Assembly (NCBI GenBank): GCA_964540825.1
Contig: CAZINT010000001.1
Span: forward strand, 219,396 to 283,395
Direction: 5' to 3'
Length of the DNA stretch: 64,000 nt
DNA from: an uncultured Gammaproteobacteria bacterium
GTDB lineage: Bacteria > Patescibacteriota > Patescibacteriia > Magasanikbacterales > GWA2-37-8
Part shown: piece by piece, positions 49,852 to 58,603 of the stretch
Layout of the letters: every line of letters starts with the position of its first letter
Position numbering within the stretch: the stretch's first letter is position 1
The notes under the pieces: model-generated
Databases searched by the model: none
What the model saw: only the letters and a program-made list of their open reading frames with translations
What the model was told of the DNA's origin: nothing
Made by a program: the position numbers and the translations under genes

Positions 49852-50760
49852 GTGTCCCTCTTCAAAATCACCAATCAAAAAACCAAGAAAATTCTTCCTG
49901 CTAAAGTTCTTAAAGAACAATACATACATTCTTTATTTGAAGCTAACCTTGAGGAATTACTCGGTATATACTTTTTGGCACACGAATATAGCACCTCGGC
50001 AGGCGGTAGAATCGATACGCTTGGAGTAGATAAAAACGGTTCACCGTGCGTGATTGAATATAAAAAAGGCCAAAACGACAATGTTATTAATCAAGGATTG
50101 TCGTATTTACGCTGGCTTTTGGATCACAAAGCCGATTTTGAAAGGCTGTGCCAAAACAAAAATTTTAAAGTGAGTATTGATTGGACTTCGCCTCGAGTTA
50201 TTTGTATCGCTGAAAACTATAATAAGTTTGATATCGATACCGTAGAAATATTGCCCATAAAAATTGAATTGTTAAAATACGGCTTGTATGATGGCGGGTT
50301 GTTGCAGTTGGAACACGAGAAACACGACAATATAAAAGTAAGTACAGGTGAAATATATAAAAATTCCAAGAAAGACAATAAGGTAGTGGGCGAAAAGCTT
50401 CAAAAAGAATATAGCGTTGATCATCATTTGCAAGGCAAAAAAGAAGAAATCAAAAAAATCTTTTTTGATATTAGGGAATGGGTCACTAACCTTGATAAGG
50501 ATATTGTTGAGGAACCGAAAAAGTTATATGTCGCCTATAAGTTAGCCACCAATTTTGTTGATGTCGAAATTCGGAGTAAAGATATAAAACTATTTTTGAA
50601 TATACCAAAGGGGAAATTAAATGATCCTCTGGGGTTGGCTCGAGATGTTTCGAGCGTTGGGCATTGGGGAAATGGCGATTATGAGGTAAAAATAACTACT
50701 AAGAGCGATTTAGAGCCTGTGTATGGCCTGGTGCGGCAGAGTTATGAATTTAATAAATAA
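49852..50760 (+). CDS. PD-(D/E)xK nuclease-like protein (DUF91/NucS-like N-terminus plus C-terminal domain of unknown function)
   Basis: GGRIDTLGVDKNGSPCVIEYKKGQ (D...ExK). 9 nt after res. Same AT-rich composition. Confidence 0.45.
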   Translation: MSLFKITNQKTKKILPAKVLKEQYIHSLFEANLEELLGIYFLAHEYSTSAGGRIDTLGVDKNGSPCVIEYKKGQNDNVINQGLSYLRWLLDHKADFERLCQNKNFKVSIDWTSPRVICIAENYNKFDIDTVEILPIKIELLKYGLYDGGLLQLEHEKHDNIKVSTGEIYKNSKKDNKVVGEKLQKEYSVDHHLQGKKEEIKKIFFDIREWVTNLDKDIVEEPKKLYVAYKLATNFVDVEIRSKDIKLFLNIPKGKLNDPLGLARDVSSVGHWGNGDYEVKITTKSDLEPVYGLVRQSYEFNK

Positions 50761-50797
50761 GCATGCCTAGTAATAGGTGTTTTAGAAGTTCAAGTAT

Positions 50798-51364
50798 ATG
50801 AGTAGAGAATTCTCAGAAAGAAGACAAGAAGTAGTAACCTCGCAGCGTTTTGAAATAGTGCTTAGTTCCGAAAAGGATTGTGCAATGCTTGAAACGTGGT
50901 TAAGTACTCTTATTGGTACTGAAGCGGCAGAGCAATGTGTTTTTGCTATGCGCAGTACGGTGCAAAAGGACTTTACGAATCACTGCAAAGACGCAACGCA
51001 AGAATTGGGTAAGGCCTTGGCTGAGCGATTTGGCGGCGAAGAATCTTTTTTTGATGTAGTCCCGGGGGCATCTTTTAGCGATGTTAGGAGCTATGCTCCC
51101 TTAGACAAGACGAGGTATCGCGGAGATTATCATAGTGTTGGTCTTTTAGAATTAGTTTCACAGCACAAAGAGTCTTTTTGTCTTATAGTGGATCTTACCT
51201 TTTATACAGTTTCGCCTGATGTAAAAAAGAATGGAGTGTTAGTTGCTTCCACTCCAGGTGGGCACGGCGAGGCTCTGAAGATGCTTGAAAATGAGTATGG
51301 TGGTTCATGGAAAGTGGAATTTAAATTTAATCCTCAAAAAAATAATTTTGAATTTGAAGGGTAG
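50798..51364 (+). CDS. hypothetical protein
   Basis: 188 aa. Last gene of the island before a terminator. Confidence 0.35.
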   Translation: MSREFSERRQEVVTSQRFEIVLSSEKDCAMLETWLSTLIGTEAAEQCVFAMRSTVQKDFTNHCKDATQELGKALAERFGGEESFFDVVPGASFSDVRSYAPLDKTRYRGDYHSVGLLELVSQHKESFCLIVDLTFYTVSPDVKKNGVLVASTPGGHGEALKMLENEYGGSWKVEFKFNPQKNNFEFEG

Positions 51365-51388
51365 GGAATATTTTGGATGAATAAAAAA

Positions 51389-51414
51389 GACAAACTCTAA
51401 GTTTGCCTTTTTTA
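51389..51414 (+). terminator. intrinsic terminator
   Basis: gacaaact-ctaa-gtttgcc then ttttttat. Confidence 0.6.
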
Positions 51415-51525
51415 TATAGATGAATTATTGAAGGGGCAATTACTTATCGCCTCAATAGTACCCCCGAAATGGTTTTGATTAACGTTGTCAGAATGTCGGG
51501 GTTGCATTCTGAGGTGGCTGTGCGC

Positions 51526-52872
51526 TCAGCGCCGGGTCAGGATGACGCGGAGGTTCTTGGGGGAAAGGCCGGTCGAGGCGTGCATACGAACACTCGCGGG
51601 GTCGATTACGCGGATGTTGAAGAGCGCGAGGGCCAGGCCGATGATGTAGCTTCCTTCAAGAAGGGCGAGCCGTTCGCCGAGGCAGTTCTGGGTGTCGTGC
51701 CAGAAGGGGTAGTAGTTCCACTTGGCCGGTTCGCCGCTATCAAACCGCTCCGGGGCGAATTGCTCGGGCCTATTCCAGTAGCGCGGGTCGCGGTGGGAGA
51801 GGAAGCTCGAGAAGAGCACGTTCGTCTTGGGCGGCAGGAGGTACGGGCCGAGCTCGGTCCAGTCCGCCGTGCTCCGCATGTTGAGCCAATTGGGCGGATA
51901 GAGGCGGAGCGACTCTTTGAGGACGAGCTTGAGGTCGCGGAAGCGGCTATCCTTGGCGAGGTTGGCCGAAGCGCCGCTCGTCAGGAGGTAGTTGCCGCAC
52001 TCCCGCGTGCGTGCCAGCCACTCAGCGTTGCCACTGAGCAACCAGAACGTTGAGGCGGCCATGCTGGCGGTGGTGACGTGGCCAGCGAAGACCGTGCTGA
52101 GCGCCAGGCTCTCGATGAGATTATCAGGCAGCTCCTGACCGTTTTGGCGGTCTTTGAGGAGGGCGCCGACGAGTCCGCTCGCGGATATGTCGCCGTGCTT
52201 GATGAGCGACTGAACGAGATCGTGGAGCCGCCGCTCTTCGTAGATGTATCGCCGGGACCGCTCGGTGAGCGGGAAGTTCCGGAGGAACAGGTGACTGAGG
52301 GGGTTCTGAAACCCGCGGGCCGACTCCTCAAACAGGAAGTTGAGTCCGTCGAGAAGATCCGCGTCGAGACCGCGCAGGCCCGAACTCCCGAACACGACGA
52401 CATCGAGGATGTCGAGCACGAGGAAGTTGCAGAGCTCCAAGAGGTCCACGGGCTTCCCGGTCGGCCACTTGTTGATCGTGGCGAGGATGCGTGTGTAGAT
52501 GTTGTCCATCATCGCCTTGAGGTTCGTACCGCCGAGCTGGGGGCCGAGTTTGCGGCGCTGGACAAGGTGGTTCGGTCCGTCGGTTGTGAAGATGGATTCA
52601 TTGCCGAGAATCGGCTTCATGATGCGGCGCACGAGGCTGGGGCGCACGAAGTTCTGGCTGGTCGAGATCTCGCTGAGGTCGTCGGGGCAGAGGGTGAGCA
52701 CCATCCGCATTGGCCAGTGAGCGAGGGTGACTCGCTCGCGAAGGACGGTGTTCCCGACCATGCCCGTGGCCCCGCGCAGATAGCGAAGCGGGTCGCGCTG
52801 CATTTCGCGCTGAAACGTGAGCAGCGGCACCAATCCGCCGTAGGCAGGTGGAAGGCGTTTTTTTCTCCCCAT
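51526..52872 (-). CDS. cytochrome P450 (atypical), high-GC cassette F
   Basis: 448 aa. I-helix FAGHVTTAS, K-helix ESLRLYPP (ExxR), FAPERF (PERF), Cys-pocket PFWHDTQNCLG (FxxGxRxCxG with the G and R substituted). AGGAGA upstream. GC3 near-saturated. Confidence 0.7.
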   Translation of the reverse strand: MGRKKRLPPAYGGLVPLLTFQREMQRDPLRYLRGATGMVGNTVLRERVTLAHWPMRMVLTLCPDDLSEISTSQNFVRPSLVRRIMKPILGNESIFTTDGPNHLVQRRKLGPQLGGTNLKAMMDNIYTRILATINKWPTGKPVDLLELCNFLVLDILDVVVFGSSGLRGLDADLLDGLNFLFEESARGFQNPLSHLFLRNFPLTERSRRYIYEERRLHDLVQSLIKHGDISASGLVGALLKDRQNGQELPDNLIESLALSTVFAGHVTTASMAASTFWLLSGNAEWLARTRECGNYLLTSGASANLAKDSRFRDLKLVLKESLRLYPPNWLNMRSTADWTELGPYLLPPKTNVLFSSFLSHRDPRYWNRPEQFAPERFDSGEPAKWNYYPFWHDTQNCLGERLALLEGSYIIGLALALFNIRVIDPASVRMHASTGLSPKNLRVILTRR

Positions 52873-52983
52873 GGGCTTGTTTCTCCTTGTCCGTATATAG
52901 CACTAACCGACCATAGCATAAGGCGAATATGGCCGCAACTGCCCCAGTTGCCCTCCTAAAACTGCTGTGCTATAGTCAAAAAC

Positions 52984-54093
52984 ATGAAACTGATTGATTC
53001 ACCCGTATCGCACCGATTCCATACGACCACCCAAAATGCCTGGGAAGCTATGTACCAGGCCATGCTTAAGGCTGAAAAATCTATTTTTTGGGAAGTGTAT
53101 ATTTTAAATGGCGGAGGGCCGGGTAAGCGATTTATCGACGTCCTTTCTGAAAAGGCTGAGGCCGGTGTGGAAGTAAAAATTATTGTTGATGGGCTCGGCA
53201 GCGTTTCGCTTGGCGGTCAAGCCGAAGCAAAACTGAGGGCGTCCGGTGTTTCGATCGTATGGTACAACAGTCTGAGCTTTAAACCGAATCCGTGGCAGTG
53301 GATTCGTAATTTGTGGATCCGCAATCATCGGAAAATTTTAATCATTGATCAAAAAACGGCTTTTATTGGCGGGGTGAATGTCGATGAATCGGCAACGACG
53401 TGGGACGATTTATTTTTGGAGATGCAAGGGCCGGTAGTACATTCACTTGTTAGGGCATTTGCTAAAAGCTATATTCGATCGGGCGGCAGCAGGCAAAAAA
53501 TTCGCCATCTTTTGAAACACCATGTACGTCTTGACTTAAAACAATTACGGCAAAAAATAACCGTCTTAATTCATACTCCAAAATCACTGCGGGCAGTTTC
53601 ATCGCTGTGGTATTTTTATCGTTTTGCGATGAATAGGGCAAAAAAAACTGTTACCCTACTGACGCCGTATTATGTGCCGGATAGACGTTTTTTGCAGCTG
53701 ATTCGTGAAACACACAAGCGGGGTGTACGAGTAAATATTTTAATACCGGCACGCAGCGATCATCGGTTTATGGAGTATATAGCTGAATCATTTTATGAGC
53801 TGACGGCGGAAGCCGGTGCTAATTTGTATTTACTTGAGAGAATGAATCATGGCAAAGCAATGAGCGTTGACGGTAAGCTTGGTTTTGTGGGGAGCGCTAA
53901 TATTACGCCGCGCAGCTTTTCTTTGAATGAAGAGGCGGGGGTTTATTTTACTGATACGGCAATGGTGCGTGATTTAGAAAGTGTTTTAGAAAATTGGCGC
54001 CTGAAAGCAGAGCGGGTGGTGGCAGCAAAAAATCGCAAGTGGTATGATCGCTTGTTGCGTCCGGTAGTTGCTTGGTTTAAAAATTATGTCTAA
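52984..54093 (+). CDS. cls: cardiolipin synthase / phospholipase-D family (two HKD motifs)
   Basis: HRKILIID and NHGKAMSVDG...GSANI. Promoter TTGCCC, 17 nt, TGTGC TATAGT ending 11 nt before the ATG, so essentially leaderless. Confidence 0.8.
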   Translation: MKLIDSPVSHRFHTTTQNAWEAMYQAMLKAEKSIFWEVYILNGGGPGKRFIDVLSEKAEAGVEVKIIVDGLGSVSLGGQAEAKLRASGVSIVWYNSLSFKPNPWQWIRNLWIRNHRKILIIDQKTAFIGGVNVDESATTWDDLFLEMQGPVVHSLVRAFAKSYIRSGGSRQKIRHLLKHHVRLDLKQLRQKITVLIHTPKSLRAVSSLWYFYRFAMNRAKKTVTLLTPYYVPDRRFLQLIRETHKRGVRVNILIPARSDHRFMEYIAESFYELTAEAGANLYLLERMNHGKAMSVDGKLGFVGSANITPRSFSLNEEAGVYFTDTAMVRDLESVLENWRLKAERVVAAKNRKWYDRLLRPVVAWFKNYV

Positions 54094-54141
54094 AAAAGTA
54101 TTCTACCAATCATAACTGGACCCGCACCCTTAGCGGAACGC

Positions 54142-55338
54142 ATGCGGCCGCGGACGTTTAGTGAATTTGTAGGGCAGCAAAAAGTGGCAGGTCCAAAAAC
54201 AGTATTGCGACGCCTTATTGAGCAGCACGAATTGACGTCGCTTATTTTTTGGGGACCGCCGGGAGTGGGGAAGACAACGCTCGCGCAGCTAATCGCCGCT
54301 GAAAGTAAGGCTGTATTCGTGAGCGTGTCGGCGGTGATGAGCGGTAAAGACGAACTGCGTCGCTGTCTCGCGGATGCGGCGGAACGTCTGGAGAAAAATG
54401 GCGAACGGACTATTTTGTTTATTGACGAAATTCATCGTTGGAATAAAGCGCAGCAGGATGGGCTCTTGCCCGCAGTCGAGCGGGGAATTGTAACCCTCAT
54501 TGGCGCCACTACCGAAAATCCGTCGTTTGAAATTGTGGGCGCGCTTCTTTCGCGCTCGCGGGTTATTATTTTGGAACCACTGGCCAGTAGCGATATCGTG
54601 CATATTTTAGAAGAGGCGTTGAAAGATGCAGAGCGAGGACTGGGTAGTTTTGCAGTGGAAGCTTCAACCGAAACACTGGAAGTGTTGGCTGATCTCGCTA
54701 GTGGTGACGCGCGCACTGCACTCAATGCGCTTGAGATTGCTGTAAAAAGTAGTGCCAAAGGAGCTAATCAAAAAATTCAAGTAACGAATGAGATCATCAA
54801 AGAGGCCCTGCAGCGAACACATTTAATTTTTGATAAGCAAGGAGAAGAATTTTACAATGCCATTTCCGCGCTCCATAAATCGATGCGCGGATCTGATGCT
54901 GATGCCTCGCTGTATTGGCTGGCGCGCATGCTCGAAGGCGGGGCAGATCCGTTGTATATCGCCCGGCGCGTGCTTCGGTTCGCGAGTGAAGATATAGGCA
55001 TGGCTAACAGTGAAGCTATGATCCAGGCGAATGCTGCCTACGATGCCTGTCACAAGATTGGTTATCCGGAGTGCAGTGTGCATTTGGCGCAGGCCGTGGT
55101 GTACTGCGCAAAATCAGCCAAATCTAATCTGCTCTACAAAGCCTACGCCGCCGCAGCGGAAGATGCGCGCGCGACGTCACGCCTGGGTGTGCCGATTCAT
55201 TTGCGTAATGCACCGACGAAGTTCATGAAAAATATTGGCTACGGTAAAGACTATAAGTATAACCCGGATTATGAGGGGCCGGTAGAGCAGGAATATTTTC
55301 CGAGGGAATTAAAAGGAAGAAAGTACTTAAAAAAATAA
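54142..55338 (+). CDS. rarA: replication-associated recombination protein A (AAA+ ATPase)
   Basis: GPPGVGKTTLA Walker A, MgsA-type C-terminal domain. Confidence 0.9.
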   Translation: MRPRTFSEFVGQQKVAGPKTVLRRLIEQHELTSLIFWGPPGVGKTTLAQLIAAESKAVFVSVSAVMSGKDELRRCLADAAERLEKNGERTILFIDEIHRWNKAQQDGLLPAVERGIVTLIGATTENPSFEIVGALLSRSRVIILEPLASSDIVHILEEALKDAERGLGSFAVEASTETLEVLADLASGDARTALNALEIAVKSSAKGANQKIQVTNEIIKEALQRTHLIFDKQGEEFYNAISALHKSMRGSDADASLYWLARMLEGGADPLYIARRVLRFASEDIGMANSEAMIQANAAYDACHKIGYPECSVHLAQAVVYCAKSAKSNLLYKAYAAAAEDARATSRLGVPIHLRNAPTKFMKNIGYGKDYKYNPDYEGPVEQEYFPRELKGRKYLKK

Positions 55339-55366
55339 TCCCGTGTTCGCGGGATTATTTTTTTAT
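55337..55366 (+). terminator. intrinsic terminator
   Basis: aatcccg-tgtt-cgcgggatt then attttttta. Confidence 0.7.
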
Positions 55367-55680
55367 TTGCCATTGGTGTCGTTTTTCGAATTCCCCTGCT
55401 CGGTCATTCCCGCGCAGGCCTGTCAGGTAGGCAGGCGGGAATCGAGGGCTCCTGACACATAGCCTGCTTGTTACCTTTTTGACAGCAAAAAGGTAACCGA
55501 AAAACTGTCCGAGCTATTGTTCGCTTCCTCGTACTGCCACAGCTCGTTTTCACTGCGACACTAAAACTCGTTTCACTCAAACATTAGTGTCGCTGCAAAG
55601 CACCGTTCAAACTCGCTGGGCCAGTACGGGTCGCGCCCAAGTGCTCGGAGTAGTGAAGTGAGTAAGGTGTTTGGTTTTTA

Positions 55681-56121
55681 TTAAATTTTTATTTTTCGTT
55701 CGTCACCGCTCAGGTGTTCGAGGGTGATAGTAACAATTTTTTTATCTTTTAAAAGTCCGGCAATTTTTTCGGGCCATTCGATTATTGTTACGATGCCTGG
55801 CTCCCCAAGATAATCTTCAACGCCGATATCAAGGAGTTCCTGTTCGCTTTTGAGGCGGTAGGTGTCAATATGGACTAAGTTTTTAATAGTTGGATGATTT
55901 TTAACGTTGTAGATATTCATGAGCGTAAACGTCGGGCTGGTTATTTCATCAGCTATACCCAGTCCTTCGGCAATGCCTTTGACCAGGGTCGTTTTGCCCG
56001 CTCCCAGTTCACCTTGCAGACAATAAATCGCACCACTCGTAAGTGTGGAAGCGATATCGCGGCCCATAGTTCCTGTTTCTTCGTTTGAATGAGAAATTTT
56101 TTCCATAGAATATAATTCCAA
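55681..56121 (-). CDS. tsaE: tRNA threonylcarbamoyladenosine biosynthesis protein TsaE
   Basis: IYCLQGELGAGKTTLVKGI P-loop; 146 aa. Confidence 0.8.
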   Translation of the reverse strand: MELYSMEKISHSNEETGTMGRDIASTLTSGAIYCLQGELGAGKTTLVKGIAEGLGIADEITSPTFTLMNIYNVKNHPTIKNLVHIDTYRLKSEQELLDIGVEDYLGEPGIVTIIEWPEKIAGLLKDKKIVTITLEHLSGDERKIKI

Positions 56122-56143
56122 AAAAGTATAGCATTCTCGTTTT

Positions 56144-56178
56144 AAAAACGAAAGCCCCTAGGTCCGTAGACCTAGGGG
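56144..56178 (-). terminator. intrinsic terminator of cassette G
   Basis: Minus strand: cccctaggtc-tacg-gacctagggg then ctttcgttttt. Confidence 0.65.
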
Positions 56179-56199
56179 TTGTGGGGGGGGGTGCGGCCC

Positions 56200-56670
56200 C
56201 TAACGCAAGCCCGGCGCCTCGCACTGGAGGTAGCCGTCGTGCGGGACGACGACGAGCCCCCTTTGGCAGGATTGCCTGCACTCGTAGCTGCCGCCGACCA
56301 AGTCGACGACCCACGGGGGACGGCAGGCCTTGTCCGCGTTCGGGTCGGCGTACAGGCCGGATGGGATCGGCGGGGTCTGGTGGTTGTTCCGGCATTCCAT
56401 GGCGTTCATGGCGCCGGTTCCAGGGATTGGCAGCTCGATGTAGCCCGGCGGACAGCTCATGAGCGGCTGACCCTGCTCATCGGTCATGAGCTGGTAGGCC
56501 TGGGTCGCTGGGTGCGCCAGGTAGCGACCCGGCGCGGACACCCACTTGTACAGGGTCTGCCGCGGGTTGGGCGATGGCGGCCGGGTGAAATCGCTGCCGC
56601 TGCTGTACGTCTCCGCACAGCCGGCCATCATCATGGCGCACAAAAGAACGGTGTAAAGAGCGTATCGCAT
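56200..56670 (-). CDS. high-GC Cys-rich lipoprotein (cassette G)
   Basis: Lipobox MMAGC. 156 aa, 10 Cys. GGAAGGAAG SD upstream. Confidence 0.45.
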   Translation of the reverse strand: MRYALYTVLLCAMMMAGCAETYSSGSDFTRPPSPNPRQTLYKWVSAPGRYLAHPATQAYQLMTDEQGQPLMSCPPGYIELPIPGTGAMNAMECRNNHQTPPIPSGLYADPNADKACRPPWVVDLVGGSYECRQSCQRGLVVVPHDGYLQCEAPGLR

Positions 56671-56756
56671 AGGTTTCTTCCTTCCTTTTTTGCAGGTCTG
56701 TTGCTTCTTTTAGGTTTAGCTATAGTAAGCCTAAAAGAAGCAGCAAACCACCCATC

Positions 56757-56785
56757 AGCATAGCATATTTTTGCACTTTTGTCAA
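56757..56785 (-). promoter_or_regulatory. consensus sigma70 promoter for cassette G
   Basis: Minus strand: TTGACA, 17 nt, TATGCT, with upstream sequence aaaatatgc. Confidence 0.55.
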
Positions 56786-56867
56786 TGGTATTTTTGGGCT
56801 AAGCTGCTCGGTTTTAACCATTTTAACTATTTGCACTGTTATTGGGTTTTTAGTATACTAGCGGTCT

Positions 56868-57155
56868 ATGAGCCTTACACCTGAAGAAATTACCAAAGTA
56901 GCTACCCTCGCGCGTTTAAGCGTAACGCCTGAGGAAGCCGTTCGCTATGCTGAAACAATCTCGGCTGTTTTAGAGTACATGACCATTTTAAACGAAGTTG
57001 ATACCTCGGCTGTTGAGCCGACGTTTCAAGTAACCGGGCTTGCCGATGTGCTCCGAGATGATGTTGCTGCCGCGTCCCAAGTGGGAGAAAAATTGATCGA
57101 ACAATTTCCTCAAGCAGAAAAAAATTCTTTGGTTGTGCCGGCTGTTTTTGAATAA
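56868..57155 (+). CDS. gatC: Asp-tRNA(Asn)/Glu-tRNA(Gln) amidotransferase subunit C
   Basis: 95 aa; LARLSVTPEE. Confidence 0.8.
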   Translation: MSLTPEEITKVATLARLSVTPEEAVRYAETISAVLEYMTILNEVDTSAVEPTFQVTGLADVLRDDVAAASQVGEKLIEQFPQAEKNSLVVPAVFE

Positions 57156-57164
57156 GTATATTTT

Positions 57165-58595
57165 ATGAATCTTAATGAACTTAGCCTGGTTGAGTCTCGG
57201 GAAGGGTTACAAAATAAAAAGTTTACTTCTCTTGAATTAACAAAGGCGTGTCTTAATCGTATTGCCGAGCGCAATGATGAAATCAATGCATTTATTACTG
57301 TTTGCGAAGCCGAGGCACTTGAAGCTGCCAAACAGGCTGATGCAATGATTGCTCGAGGAGAAGGCGGGCCGCTGACTGGTATTCCGTTTGCTGTGAAGGA
57401 TGCTATTTGTACCGCTGGTGTTTGCTCTACCGGAGCGGGTAAAATCTTGGATAATTATATTCCGCCGTACGACGCAACGGTAATTAAAAAAATCCGCGAT
57501 GCAGGCGGAGTGCTTTTAGGTAAAAATAATTGTGATACGTTTGGCCACGGGGCAAGCAACGAAAACAGTATGTACGGAGCGGTAAAAAATCCGCATGACC
57601 TTACCAAAGTTGCGGGCGGTTCGTCGGGCGGCAGCGCGGCAGCAGTGGCTGATCATATGTGTATCTATAGTATTGCGGAAGACACGGGCGGCTCAATTCG
57701 TCAGCCGGCCAGTTTTTGTGGTGTGGTTGGCCTTCGGCCTAGTTACGGACGCAATTCGCGCTACGGCATTATGCCAATGGCGTCGTCCTTAGATACCGTC
57801 GGTCCAATTGCCAAAACCGTGGAAGACGCGGCCATTATTATGGAAGTAATTGCGGGAATGGATAGTAAAGACACCACCACGATACCGGACGCAGTACCAA
57901 AATATTCGGAAGAATTAGCGGTTGATTTAAAAAAAGTACGCATCGGATTACCGAAGGAATATTTTGAAATTGAAGGAATTGACCCGGAAGTAAAAGCGGC
58001 CACTGAAAAAAAGATTGCCTGGCTTAAAGAGCAAGGGGCTACGATTGTTGACGTAAGTTTGCCATACACCAAGTACGCTATTGCTGTCTATTATATTTTG
58101 GTGCCCAGCGAAGACAGTTCGAATTTGGCTCGCCTTGACGGTATTCGCTATGGCCTGCGCGCACCGGAGGCAACGCTCTATGACACCTATGCTGTTTCGC
58201 GCTCCCAAGGCTTCCCCGAAGAAGTAAAACGCCGTATTTTGATTGGCACGTACGCGCTTTCAGCAGGCTACTATGATGCGTATTATAAAAAAGCGCAGGC
58301 CGTTCGTACGCTGATTATTCAGGATTTTGAAAAAGTTTTTAAAGACGTCGATGTACTCCTTACCCCAACATCGCCATTCCCGGCGTTTGGCATTGGCGAA
58401 AAAGCAGCTGATCCGCTCGCACTCTATTTGGCGGATATTATGGTAAGCCCGGGAGCGATCGCTGGAATTCCTGGTGTATCTATTCCGGCAGGAAAAACAC
58501 AGGCAGGCTTGCCGATTGGTATTCAACTGATGGGCCCGCGTTTGCACGAGTCTCGCATTTTTGCGGTTGGTGCTGCTTTAGAAAAATCTAATTAA
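57165..58595 (+). CDS. gatA: Asp-tRNA(Asn)/Glu-tRNA(Gln) amidotransferase subunit A
   Basis: Amidase signature GGSSGGSAAAVA, Ser-cisSer-Lys triad region. Confidence 0.9.
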   Translation: MNLNELSLVESREGLQNKKFTSLELTKACLNRIAERNDEINAFITVCEAEALEAAKQADAMIARGEGGPLTGIPFAVKDAICTAGVCSTGAGKILDNYIPPYDATVIKKIRDAGGVLLGKNNCDTFGHGASNENSMYGAVKNPHDLTKVAGGSSGGSAAAVADHMCIYSIAEDTGGSIRQPASFCGVVGLRPSYGRNSRYGIMPMASSLDTVGPIAKTVEDAAIIMEVIAGMDSKDTTTIPDAVPKYSEELAVDLKKVRIGLPKEYFEIEGIDPEVKAATEKKIAWLKEQGATIVDVSLPYTKYAIAVYYILVPSEDSSNLARLDGIRYGLRAPEATLYDTYAVSRSQGFPEEVKRRILIGTYALSAGYYDAYYKKAQAVRTLIIQDFEKVFKDVDVLLTPTSPFPAFGIGEKAADPLALYLADIMVSPGAIAGIPGVSIPAGKTQAGLPIGIQLMGPRLHESRIFAVGAALEKSN

Positions 58596-58603
58596 TATTT
58601 TGT

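Noticed and set aside
51469-52959. Plus-strand ORFs 51469-52053, 52078-52959 and minus 51981-52403 inside the P450 cassette
   Set aside because: The P450 reading frame carries ExxR, PERF and Cys-pocket motifs. The others are stop-free shadows in GC-rich DNA.
56009-56763. ORFs 56179-56763 (+), 56181-56462 (+) and 56009-56395 (-)
   Set aside because: Shadow frames of lipoprotein gene 56200-56670. The minus ORF 56009-56395 would run through the terminator and tsaE.
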